A stretch of DNA of 55,731 bases from Anaerolineae bacterium (GCA_041082215.1 JBDOIF010000006.1:62001-117731); one strand, 5' to 3'. Counted from the first letter of the stretch, positions 18,195-28,039 are shown. Numbers and translations are program-made. Notes: a model not told the origin generated them from the letters alone.

Positions 18195-19850
18195 ATGGCA
18201 CTGCCCAGGCACATCTACAGCGCTCTGGAGGACATCGTCGGCCCGGAGAACATCTCCGATGACCCGGCGGTGCTGGACTCGTACCGCTACTCGCTGGCCC
18301 ACACCGCGATCCACGTCGGTCCTTACTACGACACGTTCACCCCCAGAGGGCTGGCGGTCCTGCTGCCGGGAAGCACCGAGGAGGTCCAGGCTATCGTCCG
18401 ACTGTGCAACAGGTACAGGATCAAGTTCAAAGCCTCCAGCACCTTCTGGTCCGCTCAGGGGTACCCTTCGGGCGACAACACGATCCAACTGGACATGCGG
18501 CGTATGGACCGGATTCTGGAGATAGACGAGAAGAACTTATTCGCCGTCGTCGAGCCGGGGGTGATCGGGGCCACGTTACAGGCCGAGGCAATGAAGGTGG
18601 GTCTGAACACGCACATCCCGGGATCCGGGTGCAGTTGTTCTGTACTGGCCAGCGCGACCTCTTATTTCGGGTCCGGGCCGAGCAACCTGTACGGCGGCTG
18701 GTATTACGATAACCTGCTGGGCGTGGAGTGGGTTATGCCCACAGGCGAGATACTGCGGACCGGCGCGCTGGGCGCCGGCTGTGGCTGGTTCTGCGGCGAG
18801 GGGCCAGGTCCCAGCGTGAGGGGGGTGTTCCGTGGCCTCACTGGCGCCAAAGGCGCGATGGGCGTGTTCACCAAGTGCGCCATCAAACTCTTCCCCTGGC
18901 CCGGCCCGGACAAACTCCCGGTGGAGGGGACCGTCCCGGCCTACCGGGTCTCGCTCCCGGAGAACTTCCGCGCCTATACGCTGGCTTTCCCGTCGTGGAA
19001 GGCGTGGGCCGACGCGGTGTATCTGATCTGGGATGCTGGCATCGGCTACACCGCCCACCGGCAGTTCAACATGTTCGGCCGCGACCTGAAGTACGCTATG
19101 GTCAAAATCCTCACCGACCCCACCCGGACCCTGGGGGACCTGGAGGAGCTGCTGGCAGACCCGGAGGTACAGCGGGTCACCGAGGAGTCCCGGCGCGACT
19201 TTCAGATTGTGCTGGCCGGCATGACGCCGCGGGATCTGGAATGGCAGGAGAGGGCGCTGGACGAGATCCTGGCCCGAACCGGCGGCTGGAAGGTGGAGGC
19301 CATGAATGCGCCCGAAATCCACGATTGGACGCTGCTCTACCTGATCCGGCTGGGGCATAAGAACCTGAACCTTGTCTACGGCGGGGGGTACGACGGCTGC
19401 TTTGGCCTCTTCGGCGTTCCGGACTTCGGGACGCTGCATGTGGAGGAGGCTGGCGAGTTCAAAAAGGAGTGGGAGAAACAGGGAGCTATCGTTGCCGCTG
19501 GCGGCGACTGCATGATGGGGCCTATCGGCGGGCAGGGAGGCGGGGGCACCTGCCTGTGGGAAAACTTCACCCACTTTGACCCGCACGATAGGGAATCGGT
19601 AGAGGGCACCCGCGAGTTCTTCGACGCCTGCTCCGAGTTCGGGCTAAAGAAGGGATGGGGTGTGGGTATGGAGAAGTGGAACGCCGCAGCCATTGGGCCG
19701 GATGGTCGGACGCCCCCCAAAGAGGTGCGCGACCGGATCCACCTCTCCGCACCCCAGCCGTCTATCTACCGCTATCAGAGCAAGATCCGAAAGGCATTGA
19801 ACCCCAACAATCTGGGGGACGCCTACTACGAAACGCTGGATGATGACTGA
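18195..19850 (+). CDS. FAD-binding oxidoreductase (VAO/PCMH/GlcD superfamily)
   Basis: LEDIVGPENIS, LPGSTEEVQAIVRLCN, LDMRRMDRILEID, VEPGV, EWVMPTGEILRTG, MGVFTK, KALNPNN. Confidence 0.85.
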   Translation: MALPRHIYSALEDIVGPENISDDPAVLDSYRYSLAHTAIHVGPYYDTFTPRGLAVLLPGSTEEVQAIVRLCNRYRIKFKASSTFWSAQGYPSGDNTIQLDMRRMDRILEIDEKNLFAVVEPGVIGATLQAEAMKVGLNTHIPGSGCSCSVLASATSYFGSGPSNLYGGWYYDNLLGVEWVMPTGEILRTGALGAGCGWFCGEGPGPSVRGVFRGLTGAKGAMGVFTKCAIKLFPWPGPDKLPVEGTVPAYRVSLPENFRAYTLAFPSWKAWADAVYLIWDAGIGYTAHRQFNMFGRDLKYAMVKILTDPTRTLGDLEELLADPEVQRVTEESRRDFQIVLAGMTPRDLEWQERALDEILARTGGWKVEAMNAPEIHDWTLLYLIRLGHKNLNLVYGGGYDGCFGLFGVPDFGTLHVEEAGEFKKEWEKQGAIVAAGGDCMMGPIGGQGGGGTCLWENFTHFDPHDRESVEGTREFFDACSEFGLKKGWGVGMEKWNAAAIGPDGRTPPKEVRDRIHLSAPQPSIYRYQSKIRKALNPNNLGDAYYETLDDD

Positions 19851-19851
19851 T

Positions 19852-19878
19852 GTAGCGCAAGATTGAATCTTGCGCTAC
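19852..19878. repeat. GTAG-type REP palindrome between convergent genes (possible terminator)
   Basis: GTAGCGCAAGATT-G-AATCTTGCGCTAC with perfect 13-bp arms; includes the tetR stop codon. Confidence 0.75.
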
Positions 19879-20462
19879 CTTTTAAGAACAGCGACGAGGC
19901 GCTCCATACAGGAACGCATCGCCGCCCTCAGGTCGTACCCGCCGTCGCGAAGCGCCCAGTCAAACACCACACCCCGCGCCATCACAAACAGGAACCAGAC
20001 AATCTCCTCCGCACTCATATCCGCCCGGATTTCCCCCCTCTTCTGGCCCTTGCGGATCAGGTCCTGCAGGATGGTCAGCATGGGCCGATCCTCTTTAATG
20101 AAGAACTTGATCCTGGGGTTGAAGAGCTGCTGGACCATCTCCACGCCGCTGGCGATGTTGAACCGGGCATAGTGGTCGAAATACTCCAGAATCAATTCAG
20201 AAGTAGGCTTTTCTCCCAGGTTGGGAGCCACCTGGGTGGAGAAATACTCATCGGCCCGGAAGAAGATCTCAGCCAGGATGTCGTTTTTGGATTCAAAGTG
20301 GTGGTAAAAGGCCCCTACAGAGACGCCCGCCGCCCGGCTGATTTCGGCAACGGTGATGTTATCAAACCCTTTGCGCTCCATGAGCGCGACCGCGGCGTCG
20401 TAGATCCGATTCCGGGTTTCCAGCGCCTGTTCCTGTCGTCTGGTCAGGGGTCTATCGGCCAT
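19875..20462 (-). CDS. TetR/AcrR family transcriptional regulator
   Basis: TRNRIYDAAVALMERKGFDNITVAEISRAAGVSVGAFYHHFESK HTH. Confidence 0.94.
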   Translation of the reverse strand: MADRPLTRRQEQALETRNRIYDAAVALMERKGFDNITVAEISRAAGVSVGAFYHHFESKNDILAEIFFRADEYFSTQVAPNLGEKPTSELILEYFDHYARFNIASGVEMVQQLFNPRIKFFIKEDRPMLTILQDLIRKGQKRGEIRADMSAEEIVWFLFVMARGVVFDWALRDGGYDLRAAMRSCMERLVAVLKR

Positions 20463-20516
20463 ATCTCTTCTATAATAACATAACGCTGAAAGCTGGACAA
20501 GGGCCTGCCTGAGCAG

Positions 20517-20708
20517 AGGTGTATTTCAGTTTGGGGGCGAGATGTCCCTGGCCCGGGCCAGACCTGGGGAAACACGAATGGCGCGAATGGAAACGAATGC
20601 CGCGAATGGAGCAGGTATCCCTCCTGTTCGCTATATTCGGGCCATTTGTGGGATTCGCGATCCACCGGCGAGCGAGAGGACCACTTGCCCCAAAATGGAA
20701 ATACGCCC
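20517..20708 (+). mobile_element. 192-bp MITE-like non-autonomous element, copy 2, with 9-bp target-site duplication
   Basis: Imperfect terminal inverted repeats AGGTGTATTTCAGTTTGGGGGCGAG / CTTGCCCCAAAATGGAAATACGCCC; flanked by direct repeat CCTGAGCAG (20508-20516 and 20709-20717). Confidence 0.88.
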
Positions 20709-20736
20709 CCTGAGCAGCAGCCTGCGGCGAGCAAAA

Positions 20737-20813
20737 ACCACGGAGGACAGAGGACGCGGAGAGAAACCTGAGAGACGCTCTGAAAACTTCCTATCCTCTG
20801 TGCCCCCGTGGTG
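20737..20813. repeat. REP-like inverted repeat (CACGGAGGACAGAG / CTCTGTGCCCCCGTGG family)
   Basis: accacggaggacagag...ctctgtgcccccgtggt arms; shares the GGACGCGGAGA unit with 36457 and 38696. Confidence 0.6.
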
Positions 20814-20850
20814 AGAACCGGGGAGCGATGCAAAGGTTACTCCCGGGATT

Positions 20851-21489
20851 TTACCCTCCGCCTTCCAGGCTCTCAAGAATGATCTCGGCGGCGATCCTGG
20901 CTCCTATTCCGGGCAGGAGGCTGCATTTCTCAAACCCCTTTGCCGCTGCAAAGGCCGCCATATTCTCCGGGCTGGCCGCGGGGTCCATATACCGGCCAAA
21001 TATCACCCTTTCCTGCAACTCAGGACACAACACAGACCCCACCGTGGCCTGGAAGCGCGGCATGAATTTCCGTGCCGCCTGGACCGCCGCTCCGACCGCG
21101 TCATAATTCAACACATCCTCACTGCCGAAATAGAGGCCCAGGGCGATCAATCCTCCGGTCACCGCCCCGCACATCCAGCCGGTCCCGCCGAATCCAGGGA
21201 ATGGAGAGAGCGCCTGAACGACCTGCAGGTTTCCCAGGCCGAACTCCTCCAGAAGTGCCAGCGCCGTCCCTCTGGCACAGTTGCGAGCAAGGAAGTTGTA
21301 CTCCTCCGCCCGCCGCTGAACCCGATCCAGAATTTGCCGCCTGTTTGCCAGGACTTCATCCCGGCTCAGCACCTTTCTGGGAATGCCCTCCTCGGCCATT
21401 TTCCGATACCGGGCCACAATCGCCGCCTGATCCCAATCCCTTTCCGCCAGCTCCTGTGCTCGGGCTCTCAGTGCCTCGTAATCCACCAT
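20851..21489 (-). CDS. C-GCAxxG-C-C family putative redox-active protein
   Basis: NCARG...GFGGTGWMCGAVTGG...SVLCPEL...C pattern. Confidence 0.8.
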   Translation of the reverse strand: MVDYEALRARAQELAERDWDQAAIVARYRKMAEEGIPRKVLSRDEVLANRRQILDRVQRRAEEYNFLARNCARGTALALLEEFGLGNLQVVQALSPFPGFGGTGWMCGAVTGGLIALGLYFGSEDVLNYDAVGAAVQAARKFMPRFQATVGSVLCPELQERVIFGRYMDPAASPENMAAFAAAKGFEKCSLLPGIGARIAAEIILESLEGGG

Positions 21490-21544
21490 CTGACACCCCC
21501 TTGTCGTCATCCAGGCTTTCCCGCGGTCCACCGGGCCAGTTGGG

Positions 21545-22249
21545 TTACAGCCCAAGATAGGCCCTTCTCACGTGGTCGCTTTCAAGCAGCTCAGAGCAGG
21601 CTCCCTCCATACAGATTCGACCATTTTCCAGCACGTATGCCCGGTCGGCGATCTCCAGAGCACGCCGGACGTTCTGTTCGACCAGCAAGACGGTAATCCC
21701 CTGGTCGCGGAGCTCCTGTATGATGCGAAAAATCTCCGTCACCAACAGTGGAGCCAAGCCGTAGGAAGGCTCGTCGAACAGGCACAGCCTGGGTTTAGAC
21801 ATCAAGGCCCGGCCTATCGCCAGCATCTGGCGCTCCCCACCGCTCAGGGTCCTGGCCAGTTGCCGGCCCCTTTCCCTGAGTACAGGGAAGATCCGATAAA
21901 CCTGCTCCAGCGTTTCCCTCCTCCGCTCCCAGGCATGGTAGGGGTAAGCGCCCATCTCCAGATTCTCACGCACCGTCATATCAGGAAAAACCCTTCCCCC
22001 TTCGGGCACGATGGAAATGCCCAGCTCCACGATGGCGTGAGAGGGCAGGCCGTCTATCCGCCTGCCCAGGAACGTCACACTACCAGAAGCCGGACGCAGC
22101 AGGCCGGATATGGAATGAAGCAACGTCGTCTTGCCAGCCCCGTTCGAACCCACTATGGCGACGATTTCCGCATCGTGGACCTGGAGACACACATCCCACA
22201 AAGCCTGCATCTTGCCATAGAAAGTGTTTAGATTGCAGATATCCAGCAT
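21545..22249 (-). CDS. livF: Branched-chain amino acid-type ABC transporter ATPase
   Basis: GSNGAGKTT, VPEGGRVFPDMTVRENLEMGA, LSGGERQMLAIGRALM, LLVEQN, VRRAYLG. Confidence 0.9.
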   Translation of the reverse strand: MLDICNLNTFYGKMQALWDVCLQVHDAEIVAIVGSNGAGKTTLLHSISGLLRPASGSVTFLGRRIDGLPSHAIVELGISIVPEGGRVFPDMTVRENLEMGAYPYHAWERRRETLEQVYRIFPVLRERGRQLARTLSGGERQMLAIGRALMSKPRLCLFDEPSYGLAPLLVTEIFRIIQELRDQGITVLLVEQNVRRALEIADRAYVLENGRICMEGACSELLESDHVRRAYLGL

Positions 22250-22253
22250 GGGA

Positions 22254-22973
22254 CTATTCTCCCAGATATACTTCAACGACCGTTCTGCTGGTGGCGATCT
22301 CCTGGGGCGTTCCTTCGGCGATCTTCTCGCCGTGGTGCAGCACCATAATGCGATCACAGACGCCCATAATGGCTTTCATAACATGCTCAATCATAAAGAT
22401 CGTGACCCCCTGGTCCCGAATCCTGGTCACCAGCTCCATCGCCTGGGCCACCTCGGTCGCGTTCAGGCCGGCCATCAACTCATCCAGCAGCAGGAGTTCT
22501 GGCCTGGTAGCCAGCGCTCTGGCCACTTCCAGCCGCTTTTGATTGGCCAGGGTCAGGTTCCCGGCCGGCAACGCCTTCATAGCCGACAATCCCACGAAAT
22601 CCAGCAACTCTGCGGCCTCCTCCAGGGCCTCCGCCGTCGCCGGGCCGTTCGACCTCCCGAACAGCACGCCCAGCAGCACATTTTCGAGAACGGACATCTG
22701 GGGGAAAATCTTGACCGACTGGAAGGTCCTCGCCAGGCCCTTCTTACAAATCTGATGGGGTTTTAGACCGGTGATCCTTTCGCCTTTGAATCTGATATCT
22801 CCCGATCGGGGCACAAGGGCTCCCGAAATCAGGTTGAACAGCGTGGTTTTGCCGGCGCCGTTAGGGCCGATCAGGCCCACGACCTCACCCTGCTCAATAT
22901 GGAAATCCACATTTACCACCGCGGCCAGCCCGCCGAAATACCGGGTCACCCCCTTCCCGTCAAGCAACGGCAT
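22254..22973 (-). CDS. livG: Branched-chain amino acid-type ABC transporter ATPase
   Basis: FGGLAAV, GPNGAGKTTLFN, ARTFQ, LLLDE, IEHVM, VYLG. Confidence 0.9.
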   Translation of the reverse strand: MPLLDGKGVTRYFGGLAAVVNVDFHIEQGEVVGLIGPNGAGKTTLFNLISGALVPRSGDIRFKGERITGLKPHQICKKGLARTFQSVKIFPQMSVLENVLLGVLFGRSNGPATAEALEEAAELLDFVGLSAMKALPAGNLTLANQKRLEVARALATRPELLLLDELMAGLNATEVAQAMELVTRIRDQGVTIFMIEHVMKAIMGVCDRIMVLHHGEKIAEGTPQEIATSRTVVEVYLGE

Positions 22974-23910
22974 CTTGACCTCCTGCGATTTTTCTCCGCA
23001 CCCTCTGCATCAGCCCGACAAGCCCTTCGGGCAGATACAGGATGGTCACGATCAAAACCACGCCGAAAATCAGCATGTAATAGTAGGGGAACCTGGTGAT
23101 CAGAATCTCTTCCAGGTAAGCAAAGATCGCCGCGCCCAGGACGGGGCCGTAGAGTTGCCCCAGGCCGCCGAAAATAGCCATCAGGACAGGCATGAAGGAA
23201 AAGAGCGGGTTGAAGGCGATGTAAGGATCAATGTATGTCCACCTTGTCGCCATAATCGCCCCGGCTGCCCCTATGAAGGTACCGCTGATGGCAAAGACAA
23301 CAGTTTTCAACACATTTACATTAATACCTATGTGGGCTGCGGCTTCTTCACATTGCCCAATGCTCTGGAGAGCCAGCCCAAACCTGGAGCGCCGGATCAG
23401 GTAGGTGGCCAACAGCAACAGGACAAGGATGATGAGCATGACATAATAAATCGTAGTGTTATCCACGAGGACCACAAACCGTCCGCGCGTGCCCGTAAAC
23501 TTGACCTCATACCACAACAGAAAGTACTTGATGAGCTCCACCAGCCCGAAGGTAAACATAGCAAAGTAGACGCCCCTCAACCTGAGGGTCAGGGCGCCGA
23601 CGAGAAGGGCGAGACAGAAACTCGCCAGGCCACCGGCCAGGATAACGATCGGCAAAGGCAGTCTGCTCCCCAGTATGGCAGAAGTATAGATGCCGACCCC
23701 GAAGAACGCCGCAGGCGCCAGGGAGATGTAGCCGGTAGGGGCAGAGAAGAGGACCCAGCTCAGGGTGAGGATGACATACATCAAGATGTCGGTTACCAGG
23801 ATCACAGTGTAGGTTGAAGCATAGAGGGACAGCGAGGCCAGCAAAACCAGGATGATGAAAATCAGCCCCGGCCCCCACATCCTTTGAAAGTCAACCCTGT
23901 TGATTTTCAT
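22960..23910 (-). CDS. livM: Branched-chain amino acid-type ABC transporter permease
   Basis: GYISLAPAAFFGVGIY, LRLRGVYFAMFT, SRFGLAL, GGLGQLYGPVLGA. Confidence 0.9.
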   Translation of the reverse strand: MKINRVDFQRMWGPGLIFIILVLLASLSLYASTYTVILVTDILMYVILTLSWVLFSAPTGYISLAPAAFFGVGIYTSAILGSRLPLPIVILAGGLASFCLALLVGALTLRLRGVYFAMFTFGLVELIKYFLLWYEVKFTGTRGRFVVLVDNTTIYYVMLIILVLLLLATYLIRRSRFGLALQSIGQCEEAAAHIGINVNVLKTVVFAISGTFIGAAGAIMATRWTYIDPYIAFNPLFSFMPVLMAIFGGLGQLYGPVLGAAIFAYLEEILITRFPYYYMLIFGVVLIVTILYLPEGLVGLMQRVRRKIAGGQDAVA

Positions 23911-23914
23911 CTGG

Positions 23915-24787
23915 CTATCTCCCCATAATGCCTGTCGGCCTCACCAGTAGCAGGAGGATGAAGATGACATAATAGGCCACCAGCGCCAGTCCCGGTTCAA
24001 AGTAAGAGACGATGCTGCCGATAAGGCCCAGGACAAAGCCGCCGATGAAGCTGCCGGGGATACTGCCCAATCCGCCCAGGACCACCACGATGATGGCAAT
24101 AACGGTGTATTCGAGGCCCATCACGGCATGAACAGGATAGCACATACTGATCAACATGCCAGCGATCCCGGCCATAGCAGCGCCCAGGCCGAAGCATAGA
24201 GCCAGCATGTTGTTGATGTTGACCCCCATCAGCCCCGCGGTGGCCGGGTCCTGGGCTGCCGCCCGGATGGCCTTGCCCGTGCGGGTAAGTTCAAGGAAAA
24301 GATAGAAGGCCACCCCGATGACAATGGCCACCCCGAAAGTCACGAGACGATTGGCGCCAAATAGCGTTCCCAGCAGATGGACCGGAACAGCCAGATAAGA
24401 GTACCCTTTGATCTCAGGCCCCCAGGTGAGCAGAGCGATGTTCTGGAGGATGAACATGAGGCCGAAGGCGGCCAGCATGGAGTTGCTCTCAAAAACGCCT
24501 GGCGATGCTGACGAGGCCAGCAGGCGTTTGAACAAGGTCCGGTGGATGATGAAACCCAGGACAAAGGCCACAGGGCCGCACACGGCGAGGGACACCAGCG
24601 GATTGATGCCAAATGCCGTATACAGGCTCCAGGTGGTCAAAGCCCCAAGCATGATGAACTCGCCATGGGAGATGTTCAGTATCCGGGCAACGCCGTACTG
24701 CAGGCTAAGCCCCACGGCGATCAGGGCGTAGAGGCCGCCCAGCAGCAAACCGGTGATGAGGACCTCCAGGATGGTTATCATCGTCAT
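23915..24787 (-). CDS. livH: Branched-chain amino acid-type ABC transporter permease
   Basis: GLLLGGLYALIAVGLSL, NISHGEF, TRTGKAIRA, VVLGGLGSIPG, RPTGIMG. Confidence 0.9.
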   Translation of the reverse strand: MTMITILEVLITGLLLGGLYALIAVGLSLQYGVARILNISHGEFIMLGALTTWSLYTAFGINPLVSLAVCGPVAFVLGFIIHRTLFKRLLASSASPGVFESNSMLAAFGLMFILQNIALLTWGPEIKGYSYLAVPVHLLGTLFGANRLVTFGVAIVIGVAFYLFLELTRTGKAIRAAAQDPATAGLMGVNINNMLALCFGLGAAMAGIAGMLISMCYPVHAVMGLEYTVIAIIVVVLGGLGSIPGSFIGGFVLGLIGSIVSYFEPGLALVAYYVIFILLLLVRPTGIMGR

Positions 24788-24929
24788 ATGGACCCTTTCC
24801 CGTAACAATATGGGGCGCAGGCTGTCTGAGCAGTGCGCGATAGCCCCTGTGGTAAAGGCTCGTTACCGTAGCACCCTCAGACAGCCTGCCTCAGTACCCG
24901 TCTCACCGGGAGCGAAGCCTCCGTCCTGT

Positions 24930-26177
24930 TTAACCGGTCGGCCACTGTGGCTTGGGATAGACCATCTCCGCAGTAGCCCACCTTTCGGGGCCGATGACCT
25001 CATACACGCCGTTGATCCACTGGCCGATCTCCCCGGTATGGCAGTCCTTGGACAGGAGCCCGTTCTCAAACCAGGTATCTCCCAGCACCGTCTGGAAGTG
25101 CTCGGTAGCGATGATCTCGCGAATCTTCGCCTGGTCGAGGGTTCCGGCCTTCTCGATGGCCTGCTTCCAGATTTCCAGGCCGGCCCAGTACAGGGGATGC
25201 CCCCACGGGTCCTGGATTTCCATCGGCTTGCCTGTATAGAGCTTATCGGCCAGTGCCTTGGCCGCATCGGATTGCTTGGGGCTGAAGGAAGTGAAGCCGA
25301 TCACCCCCTCCGCCGCCGGGCCAAACGACGTATAGTAGAACCCGAAGTTGACGCCGGGGCCGCCTACCCAGGCCTTGGGGTTGAAGCCAAGCTCGATAGA
25401 GGTCCCGGTAGCGGGCATGATCTGGTCAGGATAGGCGAAGCAGCAGAAGACATCGGGGTTGGCCGCTTTAGCCTCTCTGATGACGGGCGACAGGTCCTTG
25501 ATGTCGGGTGGGACGCTCTTCACGCCGAGGATGTTAATTCCTACCTTCGGAAACTCAATGCCCGCCACGCCGGAATATTCAATACCGTGGAGGTCCGCGA
25601 TGTAGACAATGTAGGCTGTCTTGGCGCCCTTCTTGGCCAGCAGGTCAGCCAGGACAGGAAGCTGGTACCAGTCGGAGAAGCTCAGCGTCACGAACACGTA
25701 GGGCATGCTGGGAAGCATGTCCTTGATGGTCGTGGCGCCGCCCTCGGCCGTGATCAACACATACCCGTACTTGTTGGCGATGGGGGCCTGAGCAAAGATG
25801 AAGGAGGTGCCACACGCAGGCCACAGAAAGTCCACCTTGTCCTCGACGATCAACTTCTCCGTCAGCCGCGTCATCGTGCCCACATCGCTTTTGTCATCGT
25901 AGACCACCAGCTCGATGGGCAGCTTCTTGCCGTACTCCTCCACGTATACCCCGCCATCGGCGTTGACCTCAGCGACGAAGGTCTCGTAGACCGGCCTGAA
26001 CGCCGAGTCTCCCACCACAGCCAGTGGGCCGGAGAGGGGCCTGGACATACCGACGACGATCTTGTCTTTAGCTGGCTTGGGCGTCGCTTTGGGAGCACAG
26101 GCCCCTAAAGCCAGCCCGGCGCCGGCCAGGGCAGCAGTGCGAAGGAACTCCCGACGGGTCCAACCCTTGGTAGCCAT
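24930..26177 (-). CDS. LivK-like ABC substrate-binding protein, Tat-exported lipoprotein
   Basis: TRREFL twin-arginine signal, LGAC lipobox, VNADGG, YDDKSD, LIVEDKVD periplasmic-binding-protein type 1 motifs. Confidence 0.88.
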   Translation of the reverse strand: MATKGWTRREFLRTAALAGAGLALGACAPKATPKPAKDKIVVGMSRPLSGPLAVVGDSAFRPVYETFVAEVNADGGVYVEEYGKKLPIELVVYDDKSDVGTMTRLTEKLIVEDKVDFLWPACGTSFIFAQAPIANKYGYVLITAEGGATTIKDMLPSMPYVFVTLSFSDWYQLPVLADLLAKKGAKTAYIVYIADLHGIEYSGVAGIEFPKVGINILGVKSVPPDIKDLSPVIREAKAANPDVFCCFAYPDQIMPATGTSIELGFNPKAWVGGPGVNFGFYYTSFGPAAEGVIGFTSFSPKQSDAAKALADKLYTGKPMEIQDPWGHPLYWAGLEIWKQAIEKAGTLDQAKIREIIATEHFQTVLGDTWFENGLLSKDCHTGEIGQWINGVYEVIGPERWATAEMVYPKPQWPTG

Positions 26178-26317
26178 CTTACTCCTCCTTTCGGACCTTG
26201 GCAATGCAGCCTTGTGTGGTCTTTGCGAATGGGTATCCAACTGTGCCTGATTACAAGAGATCGGTTATCTTCTCATACTCCTATCCCTCCTGATTCTATC
26301 GTGATTGGGAGAACGGA

Positions 26318-28039
26318 TCAAAAGTCAAAGACGCTATCCAGCTCCTCGTCACGGATGACGAAGACCACGTTGTGAGGAGGCAGAGGCTCTTCGTAGAAGA
26401 ACCTGGGCAACCGGTCATCCTCTCTGGTGAACCCTGCTTTCCGGTTGAATTCCCGCTCCGCCTTCAGCACCCGCCGGCCCAGGCCGAAGGGGAACTCTTC
26501 CGGCTCCAGCGGCCGGCCCAGTTTGGCGCTGATGGCCTTGCTGACCACCTCAAACCCTTCCGGGCTCAGCAGAGAGACAGCCGCCATAAAGCACAGCCCC
26601 AGCGAGTCATAGGCGGCAATCGCAATCTGGAGAAACCGGGAAGTCTCCACCTGCCCTTCCGGCTTCAGCGGGTTCAGCGCGCCCGTCAGGTACGCCCCGA
26701 CCACATTCCCCGCCGTGTGGTCTGCCCCCATCGGCGAGGTCGCATAGGTCACGCCGTTTCCCAGCATAGCCCGGGGGTCGTAGGCCGCGATGGTCTGCCC
26801 CTTGACCGCAGGGACCCGGTCGTGGTTGAAGTGTCTGCCCACCGCAACACCGCCGCCGCCCAGAATCCAGCCGAACTCTGTGCCTCTGCCGATTTCCTCC
26901 ACCATCTCCAGGACAGCCCCGGCGTCCCCGAACTTCCGGTATCCGGCGTCCATTGCCACGGCAATAGCGGCCCCTGTGCTCATCGTGTCTACCCCGATGT
27001 TGTCGCACAGGTTATCCAGCCGGGCGATCACATCCAGGTCGGTGATGCCGGTCATCCCGCCCATCGCCCAGATGGTCTCGTACTCCAGAGAACTGGTGAC
27101 GAACCGGCCGTCTTTATCCACATACACGTTGGAGCAGTGGATGATGCACTGGGTACAGCCCAGATGGGTGGGATTCCCGCCCCGCTCCTGGATGATCTCG
27201 GCCATCCGCTCCCCGCAGATGTTCTCCCAGCCGTCCAGCACCCCCCTGCGCGCGTTGTAGCTGGGGAAGGCGCCCATCGTATTGACCGGAGCGACCAGGG
27301 CCGCCGTGCCCAGTTTGGGCATCACCTCGGCGTTCATGGGGTCCGATTTGACCATCTGGACGATGGCCTGGACGGCCTCTTTAAAGGCCTGGGGGTCTGC
27401 GACGGGATCGGCGCTCTTTCCACGCTGGTCCACCACCACCGCCTTGAGCCCTTTAGCCCCCATCACGGCCCCCATGCCGCCCCGACCGGCGGCCCGGCAG
27501 GGGTGACCGTCCACATCGGAGGACTGGACGGAAGCAATCGCCATTTTGTACTCGCCCGCCGGCCCGATACAGAGCACGGAGGTCTCCTTCCCGTAGGCCT
27601 CCAGGAGCTTCTCCACCAGCGGATAGGTCCATAAGCCCCTGTACTCCTGGGCCGGGATGAGGCTAGCGTTCCCTTCCCGGTCAATACGGAGCAGGTAGAG
27701 TTCCCCTTCCGGCGCCTGGCCCTCCACGACGATGGCCGTGATGCCCAGGCGGCCCAGGGAGGCCCCCATGGTGCCCCCGACGTTGCTCTCCTTGATGCCG
27801 CCAGTCAACGGGCTTTTGGCCCCGATAGAGGTGCGGCTGGTGTTGGGAAGCGTCGTGCCGCTCAACAGGCCGGGGGCGATGATCAGTTTGTTTTCCGGCC
27901 CCAGGGGATCGCAGCGGGCCGGCACTTCGGCGTTGACGATGGTGGAGGTCAACCCCCGGCCGCCAAGCCCTGCATATTCCGGCGGCACGTCTTCCACGCG
28001 GACGCTCTTTGTGGTCATATTGACCCGGATCAGTTTCAT
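26318..28039 (-). CDS. aor: Tungsten-dependent aldehyde:ferredoxin oxidoreductase (second AOR-family paralog)
   Basis: GGRGL, AKSPLTGGIKESNVGG, AAGRGGMGAVMGAKGLKAV, CxxCxxxC, LEYET, YDPR, GADHTAG, DDRLP. Confidence 0.92.
   Translation of the reverse strand: MKLIRVNMTTKSVRVEDVPPEYAGLGGRGLTSTIVNAEVPARCDPLGPENKLIIAPGLLSGTTLPNTSRTSIGAKSPLTGGIKESNVGGTMGASLGRLGITAIVVEGQAPEGELYLLRIDREGNASLIPAQEYRGLWTYPLVEKLLEAYGKETSVLCIGPAGEYKMAIASVQSSDVDGHPCRAAGRGGMGAVMGAKGLKAVVVDQRGKSADPVADPQAFKEAVQAIVQMVKSDPMNAEVMPKLGTAALVAPVNTMGAFPSYNARRGVLDGWENICGERMAEIIQERGGNPTHLGCTQCIIHCSNVYVDKDGRFVTSSLEYETIWAMGGMTGITDLDVIARLDNLCDNIGVDTMSTGAAIAVAMDAGYRKFGDAGAVLEMVEEIGRGTEFGWILGGGGVAVGRHFNHDRVPAVKGQTIAAYDPRAMLGNGVTYATSPMGADHTAGNVVGAYLTGALNPLKPEGQVETSRFLQIAIAAYDSLGLCFMAAVSLLSPEGFEVVSKAISAKLGRPLEPEEFPFGLGRRVLKAEREFNRKAGFTREDDRLPRFFYEEPLPPHNVVFVIRDEELDSVFDF

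Noticed and set aside
20444..20876. Short ORFs inside or over the MITE (also 41663-42052 and the N-terminal extension 15070-15426)
   Set aside because: The similar peptides recur only because the DNA repeat recurs; no transposase motifs or RBS, and the 15070 extension runs through the promoter.
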